Source: a virus. From it: a stretch of 64,000 nucleotides of DNA. The DNA is taken from IMG/VR virus record IMGVR_UViG_3300035232_000745. One strand, written 5' to 3'. A program made the translations under genes and the position numbers. How positions within the stretch are numbered: the first letter of the stretch is position 1; each line of letters starts with the position of its first letter. The notes beneath the pieces were generated by a model. It was not told the DNA's origin. It did no database searches and saw only the letters and a list, made by a program, of their open reading frames with translations. Below, piece after piece: positions 56,988-64,000 of the stretch.

Positions 56988-58144
56988 TAGTATTCGATAG
57001 AATTTTGTAGTTCTTCTTTAACGGCCTGATATGTTTTTTGCATATCAGGCTTTTTTGTGCCTAGTACAATTATGCTCATATTAAAAATGCTGTCTGATGC
57101 GTTAGTTTGTTCTGCGATTACTTTACCTTCATGTAACTCATGAGAAGTTTCACTAATATATTCTTTTAGGTGCGAATAATCTTTAACCCTTTTGATTGTG
57201 CCGGGTTTTAAATCAGCCTGTCTCCAAATAAAGTGTTTATTATATTGTATTTTCTTATTCGATATAATGTCAGGTATGACAGTAAACCCCATTGCTTTAT
57301 CCATAAGAGTATTACCAGTACCAATTCTGGGATTGCAATCTATCATTTTAGTTATGCCGTCATAAACATAAAAGTCAGGACCAGAAATAAACATATTTCT
57401 AACTCCCAACACGTCTGCTATACTCTCGTAAAATATTTCAGATGATTCTTTTACGATATCTGGTACTTCATCCTCATCAATACTTTGAATAACGTAAGGA
57501 TGATTGTAATATTTTGAGTTGCCGTAACGAATAAGCTTTGTATCAAGTTTTACACAAAATTGTCTATGCACGTTTCCATCCATATCGATATAAGCATAAT
57601 AGCCATAAACTTCAGAATACGTAGGTAACATTTCTTGAACCATATAATAACTTTGTACGTTATTAAATTTAGGGTCAGTAAATCCTTTCTTATTTGTTTC
57701 AAAGAAATTATCTGGTATATTGTTTAGTAATTCTTCTTTACTGTGATATGAAGTATAAGAAAATCCATCTAATTTAGTACCAGAACCCACAGTAGGTTTA
57801 ACTATAAGATCTCCATCGAACAAATCTTCTTCGCACGTTGGTATCACGCTTTTAGGTATCATATCTCCTAATCCTATAGCTATACAAAAATCGTCAAACT
57901 TCTTTTTGTCAGTCAGCACTTCAGCAGCTGAAACAGAAAGGTTTTTTAAACCTAACTTAATTTCTAACTGCGCTTGAACTGGTAATAGACTTTCTGATAA
58001 AGTCCATATCCTATCATAAGAGCCTTCTATTGTATCAAAGTTATCAGTTTTTATATCTACAGTTTGGCCTAAACTTTCAATAGCTTTCTTCATGCAACCT
58101 ATTCTATGATGAGCTCTGGCGTATGATAATATAAGATTTTTCAT
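56984..58144 (-). CDS. ATP-grasp ligase
   Basis: DK..F, IVKP..GSG, VQE.L, PDF....IDCNPR.G. Confidence 0.75.
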   Translation of the reverse strand: MKNLILSYARAHHRIGCMKKAIESLGQTVDIKTDNFDTIEGSYDRIWTLSESLLPVQAQLEIKLGLKNLSVSAAEVLTDKKKFDDFCIAIGLGDMIPKSVIPTCEEDLFDGDLIVKPTVGSGTKLDGFSYTSYHSKEELLNNIPDNFFETNKKGFTDPKFNNVQSYYMVQEMLPTYSEVYGYYAYIDMDGNVHRQFCVKLDTKLIRYGNSKYYNHPYVIQSIDEDEVPDIVKESSEIFYESIADVLGVRNMFISGPDFYVYDGITKMIDCNPRIGTGNTLMDKAMGFTVIPDIISNKKIQYNKHFIWRQADLKPGTIKRVKDYSHLKEYISETSHELHEGKVIAEQTNASDSIFNMSIIVLGTKKPDMQKTYQAVKEELQNSIEYY

Positions 58145-59400
58145 GAGTATATCGCGATCACTCTCATTAAGTTATTCCAAAATAGATCTGTTAAAAAGAA
58201 ACCGTATAATATAGGAAATGTATCCCACTTTCTTATAAAATAACCCAAAACAGATAGTGCTAGTAATGATATTAATAACCATTCTTTTACAGGATATATA
58301 TGTAAACTCATTATAGAAATGAATACAACTATTAACGTCGTAATTATATGTTTGTGTTGTTTTATATATTTGGCTATAATACCTAACTGATTAAAACAAA
58401 CCCAAGATAGAAATAAACATATGACAAGAATAAGAGGAATATAATAAAGTATATCCTTAAATATGTGTAACGTTTCAATATCAAATGTAAATCCTCTCGA
58501 TAATACCAAATAATATATCAAGACTTCACTACTCACAATAGGAATTCCTAATATTATTAATGGCAGTAACGAGCTTAATGCTCCACTATTATTCGCAGAT
58601 TCAGCCGCAGCAATCTTGTTGATATCTGTCTTAACTACGTTAGCGCTTAAATAACCACCTAATATGTTTGTTACTCCTGGAATTAATCCTGCCCAAAAAC
58701 CAATGAATGCTCCTATTATAGTAGAAGGCACGGTTTTAATATCATAACCAAACTTAGATATTTTATTATTATCTTTAAATTCTTTATCTTTAAATTTCAG
58801 TATTTCTGGTATGATATACAAACCAATCATTACAGAACTAAAGGGTATTCCCAAAGTTAAGTAATCAATACCAAAAGTTCCCCATGTTTCATAAGATATA
58901 TTATCAAAACCTATCTTTGCGAGCACACCACCAAATACGAAAAGAATAATAGATTTCCATTTAGCCTGCTCTGATAGAAATATTAAAAGAATGATTGCTA
59001 TTGATATGACTACTACTTGTATTGTGCTATTATAGAATTTAAATAAGCCAAATAAGTTTGATGCAAAGGCCAAAAATAAACCTACAGCAAAGATAGATCC
59101 TATTGTGCTTGAGACAGCATTAGAGCTTACTGCGTAATGACCCTTTCCTTCTAGGAACAGTTTATGCCCGTATCTTGCAGTTGTAACCGCAGCAGCGTCT
59201 CCTGGTATCCCGTATAGTATGCCAGTTACAGAATTGGTATAATTTGATGTGATGATTAACGCTACATAAAAGATTAGAATATTAAACGGATCTAAAAACG
59301 CTAATAGAGGATAGAAAGTTGCGACAGCGAGAAATGCTCCTGCTCCTGGAATAATTCCAAATATCACACCAGCAAATATGCCGAGTAAACACCAAATCAT
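58141..59400 (-). CDS. TctA-family tripartite tricarboxylate transporter permease
   Basis: GIIPG.G, IL.GIPG..A..T...G..L...G, G.IPG, AESANN, LPL..LGIP. Confidence 0.8.
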   Translation of the reverse strand: MIWCLLGIFAGVIFGIIPGAGAFLAVATFYPLLAFLDPFNILIFYVALIITSNYTNSVTGILYGIPGDAAAVTTARYGHKLFLEGKGHYAVSSNAVSSTIGSIFAVGLFLAFASNLFGLFKFYNSTIQVVVISIAIILLIFLSEQAKWKSIILFVFGGVLAKIGFDNISYETWGTFGIDYLTLGIPFSSVMIGLYIIPEILKFKDKEFKDNNKISKFGYDIKTVPSTIIGAFIGFWAGLIPGVTNILGGYLSANVVKTDINKIAAAESANNSGALSSLLPLIILGIPIVSSEVLIYYLVLSRGFTFDIETLHIFKDILYYIPLILVICLFLSWVCFNQLGIIAKYIKQHKHIITTLIVVFISIMSLHIYPVKEWLLISLLALSVLGYFIRKWDTFPILYGFFLTDLFWNNLMRVIAIYS

Positions 59401-60044
59401 TAGCTACATATACCGTTATCTAACATATAATGAAATAAATCTTTATCCCAATGCAAGCATATTACTATTATAATCATATCATCTTTAGTTGAAAATACGC
59501 AATGCCTTTTGTTTCCATTGAAATACCATAGTGATCCGTTATTGCATTTAACAATCTTATCATCGTATAACCATTTAAAATGATATTCGTTTACGTTCAC
59601 AAAAGCTGTCAATCTTATTTCATCATAAGAAGAATCGTGTTTGTTGATATCGAAATGATCTGGAAAGAAACCTCCTCTATCCATTCTTAAAAAGTGGCAG
59701 CGCGTTATCCAACGTTCCCACGGCAATAATAATCTAGAAAGTTCTTCGCTTTGTGTCCACACTTTTGTTGGAACTACAATGTCTTGATTGTTTACTACGA
59801 TTCCAGTTTCTTGTTCGTAGTTTTTTAAACTAGTTAAGTCAGGAATTCCGCTTAATCCGCCGTCGATTGATGTAACACTGAGGCCCCATCTATTGTTCGG
59901 TTTATTGGGATTATATCGTTTCCAATCGTCTTTGAAAGGTTCTATTTCTTTCATAACTTTACGAGCATCAAAACCTTGGAATTCTTGCCAATCAGACATC
60001 ATGCCTAATCGCGTTAATGCTTGAGCGTCTTCGTCCCACTTCAT
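59400..60044 (-). CDS. 2OG-Fe(II)/cupin hydroxylase-like protein
   Basis: GGFFPDHFD...FN..KRH; late promoter at 60076-60083. Confidence 0.55.
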   Translation of the reverse strand: MKWDEDAQALTRLGMMSDWQEFQGFDARKVMKEIEPFKDDWKRYNPNKPNNRWGLSVTSIDGGLSGIPDLTSLKNYEQETGIVVNNQDIVVPTKVWTQSEELSRLLLPWERWITRCHFLRMDRGGFFPDHFDINKHDSSYDEIRLTAFVNVNEYHFKWLYDDKIVKCNNGSLWYFNGNKRHCVFSTKDDMIIIVICLHWDKDLFHYMLDNGICS

Positions 60045-60089
60045 AATAATAACCTCATATTTAATAGTATAGAAGTATTTATAATACGG

Positions 60090-60117
60090 TTGACATTTTT
60101 CTAAGTCACGGTATAAT
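60090..60117 (+). promoter_or_regulatory. consensus sigma70 promoter
   Basis: TTGACA-N16-TATAAT upstream of the 60209 gene. Confidence 0.7.
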
Positions 60118-60208
60118 AGTCTTATAGCTAAACAATAAATAGCTTCGTTATCAATAATGGTAACTTTTGTGAGCGACGGGGTAAAGCCGTCAAACAAAGG
60201 AGAAATAT

Positions 60209-61174
60209 ATGGAACTACTCACAGTGTGGAGCCTTGTCGGCTTCCTGCTAGCTGCTTATGCGGTAATAGCGAATGATTCAGTACAGACTCTCGGTACATG
60301 GATGGCATCAAACAATGAGAGATTTAGTTATAAAACATTATGGGCTGCAGCATCTGCCGTCTTATTAGCTACACTATGGTATGGTTGGAGCGTCAATGGT
60401 GGCGATATTAGTTATGGTCGTTTAAATAAGATTCCATGGCAAGAAGTACAATGGTATCATGCCGCGGCACCAGCAATATTAGTTGCATTAACTCGTATTG
60501 GTGTACCAGTATCAACATCATTTTTAGTTTTATCTGTATTCGCTTCAACGTTCGTGTTGGAAAAAATGCTAATGAAATCTATTATGGGTTATGGTGTAGC
60601 GGCTGCGTTTGCTTATCTTGTATGGTTTGCAATTCATAAGTATTTCGGTAGATGGTATGATGAAACTCAGCCAGTAAGCGAAAGTAATAAGAACTATTGG
60701 CGTGTTGCTCAATGGGTTGCTACAGGTGGTTTATGGTACACATGGCTATCACATGATATTGCTAACATAGCAGTATTTTTACCACGTCAAGTACCGGTAG
60801 ACTTAATGATACTTATATCATTTGTATTTGTCGGTGGATTGTTCTTTATGTTTAGAGAACGGGGTGGTAAGATCCAGCAAATCGTATTAGAGAAACATAA
60901 CACTCGATACGTACGATCGGCCACATTGATTGATTTATTCTATTGGTTGTGTCTATACTTCTTTAAAGAACTAAATGATATTCCTATGAGTACAACATGG
61001 GTTTTCGTTGGTTTACTTGCAGGTCGAGAACTTGCAATGGCTACATACTTTGGTAAAAAGAAAACAAAATCAGTATTTCCATTAGTTGCTAAAGACTTTG
61101 GAAAAATGATGGTTGGTCTTGGTGCTTCAGTAGCATTAGTATTACTTATTCATACTGTGATTAATCCAGTGTAA
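60209..61174 (+). CDS. multi-pass membrane transporter, PiT (inorganic phosphate)-like
   Basis: ANDS.QT and HDIAN repeats; PVSTS and PMSTT repeats typical of the PiT inverted-repeat fold. Confidence 0.6.
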   Translation: MELLTVWSLVGFLLAAYAVIANDSVQTLGTWMASNNERFSYKTLWAAASAVLLATLWYGWSVNGGDISYGRLNKIPWQEVQWYHAAAPAILVALTRIGVPVSTSFLVLSVFASTFVLEKMLMKSIMGYGVAAAFAYLVWFAIHKYFGRWYDETQPVSESNKNYWRVAQWVATGGLWYTWLSHDIANIAVFLPRQVPVDLMILISFVFVGGLFFMFRERGGKIQQIVLEKHNTRYVRSATLIDLFYWLCLYFFKELNDIPMSTTWVFVGLLAGRELAMATYFGKKKTKSVFPLVAKDFGKMMVGLGASVALVLLIHTVINPV

Positions 61175-61247
61175 TATTTTTATCACATATTACTTTTAAT
61201 GGGCCTCTTGTATTTACATTTGGCCCATTTTACATTATATATACTTA

Positions 61248-61500
61248 GTGAACGTTGAAGTGACGTGAATACGGATCGGACCGCGGGGCAGTACCGCGCA
61301 TCTCCACCACAAGCGCATTATGTGTGTTTTTGATGGGGATGAACTAGGATCGACGGACGGGATAGCTAAGTGGAGTTCATCGGGTGATCGCGTATAGATC
61401 AATTAAACTAAATGCAAATGAAAATTTCGCACCATCTGGTTATGCTCTAGCAGCATAAACACAGGGGGTTGGCAACTTACCTAGCAACAGAAAAGTTCGC
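61248..61500 (+). ncRNA. ssrA: two-piece (circularly permuted) tmRNA, alphaproteobacterial type; tag ANENFAPSGYALAA
   Basis: 3' acceptor half CGCGG-GGCAGTA-CCGCG-CATCTCC-A-CCA (ends 61309) precedes the 5' half GGGGATG...GGATCGAC (starts 61335); G3.U70 pair; tag ORF 61414-61458. Outer ends are approximate. Confidence 0.92.
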
Positions 61501-61535
61501 ATACATACAAACTATTAGAAAAGGAAAGAAGTAGT

Positions 61536-62336
61536 ATGAATAAATTTTTAACAACAACAGCTTTAGTATTTTTAGGAACGTCAGCATTCGCAGAGGAAGC
61601 TGCTCCAGAAGCACCAGCGGCAGTCACACTCGGTGGCTCAATCGAAACAGTAATCGCAGAAGGTGCAAACGATAAGTACGGCGCTACTACTTCGTTCGAA
61701 CTTAATGGTAATCTTGCTAACGGCTTAGCAACAGGCTCAATGGATTTCGTAGTAGGTTCTTCAGATGAACTTAAATTAGACGAATGGTCAATGGGCACAA
61801 CAGTAGCAGGCATGGGTTTATCTTTCGGAGATCAAGGTAATGCATGGATCTCAACTGAAGCAGGTTCAACAATCGAAGAGCCAACTATGAATGAAAGCTT
61901 ACAAATTTCAGGTTTAGGCGCAACAGTAGCTCTTGGATTTACAAGTGTATCTACAGACGTAACAGATATTTCTAATGTTCAAGCAACATACGGTATGGAT
62001 CTTTCAATCCTCGAAATATCAACAGCTGGTGACTATAACATTGATTCACAAGACTGGGTAATTGCAGGTCGTGCAGATACAGCAGGAATGATTGACGGAG
62101 TTCGTTTAGGCGGTGCAATGTCTTACGGTTCAGCATCTGAAAATATTGGTTTTGAAGCTGACGCAACAGTAATGGGCGTAACTGCTTACTTATCTGGTGA
62201 TCAAGACGATATGGCTCAGCATGTAGGTGGTTCATATACATACAATCTAAAAGGTTTAGATCTTGAAGGTGCAGTAGATTATGACATCGATGCAGAAGCA
62301 TACACACCAAAAGCGACTTTAAGCTTTAACTTCTAA
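61536..62336 (+). CDS. outer membrane porin (alphaproteobacterial type)
   Basis: Signal peptide, acidic amphipathic beta strands, C-terminal F-x-F. Confidence 0.75.
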   Translation: MNKFLTTTALVFLGTSAFAEEAAPEAPAAVTLGGSIETVIAEGANDKYGATTSFELNGNLANGLATGSMDFVVGSSDELKLDEWSMGTTVAGMGLSFGDQGNAWISTEAGSTIEEPTMNESLQISGLGATVALGFTSVSTDVTDISNVQATYGMDLSILEISTAGDYNIDSQDWVIAGRADTAGMIDGVRLGGAMSYGSASENIGFEADATVMGVTAYLSGDQDDMAQHVGGSYTYNLKGLDLEGAVDYDIDAEAYTPKATLSFNF

Positions 62337-62381
62337 ACTTACTCTACACAGTAAATTGCATTAACTTACTCTACACAGTAA
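62336..62381 (+). repeat. two 19-nt direct repeats AACTTACTCTACACAGTAA, each a hairpin
   Basis: Copies at 62336-62354 and 62363-62381. Confidence 0.8.
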
Positions 62382-62390
62382 GTTACATTT

Positions 62391-62414
62391 AAGGGAGCTT
62401 CGGCTCCCTTTTTT
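62391..62414 (+). terminator. rho-independent terminator (UUCG tetraloop)
   Basis: AAGGGAGC-TTCG-GCTCCCTT-TTTT. Confidence 0.92.
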
Positions 62415-62459
62415 GTTGTTATAAATAATATTACATCATTATAGAGAGGCGTTTACATT

Positions 62460-63002
62460 ATGACAAACAAATTAAAGCAACTCACTTGGGCACATCACCA
62501 AGCCGCAGAACGCAGAAAGTTTGCTAAGCAATTAATAAGCGGTGGTATTGATCCATTCGTATATTATAAATTTCTTAATTGCCAATATCTAGTCTACAAG
62601 TTATTAGAAGATATTGTAATTATTCCCCCACATCTTGCAACAATTTATAGGGCACCACGTATACTTCAAGATATTGAAGAACTTGGTGAGATCTACGGGT
62701 TTGATGATATTGATCATTATCCAGAATCTGTAGGCCGTTGTATGTCACACATGCAAGGTTTAGCTGATGCAGATGATAATGATGGTTTACTGTCTCATAT
62801 GTATGTAAGACACTTTGGTGAATTACACGGCGGACAAATCATTAAAGCTAAAACACCTGGGAAAGGTGTAATGTATGAATTTGAAGGTGATACTAAAGTT
62901 CTTATTGAAGAATTCAGAAAACTTTTACACGATGGCATGGAAGTAGAAGCTAAACGTTGTTTCGACTTTGCTTCAGAACTGTTTGACGAATTATCTAAAT
63001 AA
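62460..63002 (+). CDS. heme oxygenase
   Basis: LK..T...H..AE proximal His; H.YVRH.G.L.GGQ.I; EA...F; late promoter at 62420. Confidence 0.85.
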   Translation: MTNKLKQLTWAHHQAAERRKFAKQLISGGIDPFVYYKFLNCQYLVYKLLEDIVIIPPHLATIYRAPRILQDIEELGEIYGFDDIDHYPESVGRCMSHMQGLADADDNDGLLSHMYVRHFGELHGGQIIKAKTPGKGVMYEFEGDTKVLIEEFRKLLHDGMEVEAKRCFDFASELFDELSK

Positions 63003-63064
63003 ACGTTTACATATACGTAAAAATATGGTATTATAAATTAATAATCTATACAAGGAGGAATACA

Positions 63065-63232
63065 ATGCATAATGAAGCATTAGAAGAAGTTAACCTCAAG
63101 CCAAAGCCTCGTGCTTTAAGGATGTTGCGAAGTAGAGCAGCACGAACCAGGCGAAGACTTCAGAAATCAATATCTGAAACTAGATTAGTAAATGAATATA
63201 ATAAATTAAGAAGGCTACGTAAAAAGAAATGA
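63065..63232 (+). CDS. 55-aa highly basic protein
   Basis: RBS AGGAGG; R/K-rich; ATGA coupling. Confidence 0.55.
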   Translation: MHNEALEEVNLKPKPRALRMLRSRAARTRRRLQKSISETRLVNEYNKLRRLRKKK

Positions 63233-63957
63233 TTTTCCATAGAAGGAAAAAAATAACGGTAGATGCTTTTACAGATCAGGAAAATATTGCAAAATATCCA
63301 ATAGAAAGATCTAATAAGCATTTACCGAGTTGGTTTACTGACATGAAAACCGTAATAAAAAAGAAAAGCACTCAAGGATTAGTAGGAAAAACTGCTACGT
63401 TTAAAATGTGTCAAGGCTTTCAAGATAATATTAATAATAGCTTTACTATTTCATTATGGGCAGATTTGATGTTTAGAGTAGAAGTAGATGGAACGTTTTC
63501 ATACCAATACCCAAATAAACTTTGCAACTTTGGAATGGAATCTCATAATAGTCCTGAAGCAACTCCAATGGGTGAATTTGCACCGCTTAAGCATTTAAAG
63601 ATATTTTCGCCCTGGGTTTTAAGAGAAAAAACTGGTGTAAACTTCTATTGGTCTCAAGCTTTTTGGTCTTATGGCGCAGCTGCATCAGATATGCTTATTC
63701 CGCCTGGTGTCGTTAATTACAAATATCAGAATGGAACACATATTAATTTAATGATACAGGCTGGAAAACAATTAGATTTAGACGCAGGTCAACCTCTCGT
63801 TTATCTACATCCTTTAACTGAAAACAAAGTAGAAATCAAAACTCATGTAGTAGATACAAAAGAGTATGAAAAATTAAAGCATGCAACAGTCTATAACAAG
63901 TTTGTAGGCGGATATAAAACACATAAGAAGAACTCAAAATGCACCCACTCTGGATAA
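63229..63957 (+). CDS. hypothetical protein
   Basis: P.WF, T.K.C.G, K..SPW, PGV, G.PL motifs. Confidence 0.6.
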   Translation: MIFHRRKKITVDAFTDQENIAKYPIERSNKHLPSWFTDMKTVIKKKSTQGLVGKTATFKMCQGFQDNINNSFTISLWADLMFRVEVDGTFSYQYPNKLCNFGMESHNSPEATPMGEFAPLKHLKIFSPWVLREKTGVNFYWSQAFWSYGAAASDMLIPPGVVNYKYQNGTHINLMIQAGKQLDLDAGQPLVYLHPLTENKVEIKTHVVDTKEYEKLKHATVYNKFVGGYKTHKKNSKCTHSG

Positions 63958-64000
63958 GACTAAACGAATATGCTGATCATCTTACACAATGCTTTGATCA

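Noticed and set aside
60095-60200. Pho box or riboswitch upstream of the PiT-like gene
   Set aside because: No clean 11-bp-period GTCA(T/C) repeats; only a 5-bp hairpin (GACGG/CCGTC)
1545-62310. Many antisense or alternate-frame ORFs in the track (e.g. 1545, 5637, 6424, 27496, 36500, 43344, 47179, 61481, 61972)
   Set aside because: They are shadows of well-supported genes, with no motifs or RBS
62336-62381. Possible mini-CRISPR array
   Set aside because: Only two 19-nt repeats with an 8-nt gap, and no cas genes
1-64000. Stop-codon reassignment, introns, inteins or homing endonucleases
   Set aside because: Core genes are uninterrupted and of expected length in code 11; TAA, TAG and TGA all act as stops; no suppressor tRNA seen

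Overview
64 kb of an AT-rich T4-like (myovirus) phage genome, most likely aquatic and infecting an Alphaproteobacterium (two-piece permuted tmRNA with the alphaproteobacterial GGCAGUA T-loop; alphaproteobacterial-type porin). The left 27.5 kb (minus strand) is the core replication module (gp3, uvsY, uvsW, gp55, gp47, gp46, gp43, gp45, gp44, gp62, regA, hsp20). Inserted in it is a DNA-modification cluster of about 8.6 kb: a T4 gp42-like dCMP hydroxymethylase, an aGPT-Pplase/amino-acid:DNA-transferase-like protein, a C5-methyltransferase homologue with a degenerate SAM motif, an SGNH-like protein, an N6/N4-MTase, a 2OG-Fe oxygenase, a GT-A glycosyltransferase, dCMP deaminase, a dNTP diphosphohydrolase and DexA. 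The right part holds topoisomerase II, 4 tRNAs plus two unexplained structured RNAs, a curli/type VIII secretion cassette (CsgG, CsgF, two curlin-like proteins, FecR) near a CHASE2 adenylate cyclase/lipase operon, sugar-nucleotide and radical-SAM/glycosyltransferase islands, a TctA/TctC transporter with an ATP-grasp ligase, tmRNA, a porin and a heme oxygenase. Promoters are T4-like: early GTTTAC/TTGACA and late TATAAATA. No CRISPR array, rRNA or transposon was seen. All protein calls come from motif recognition by eye, with no database search.
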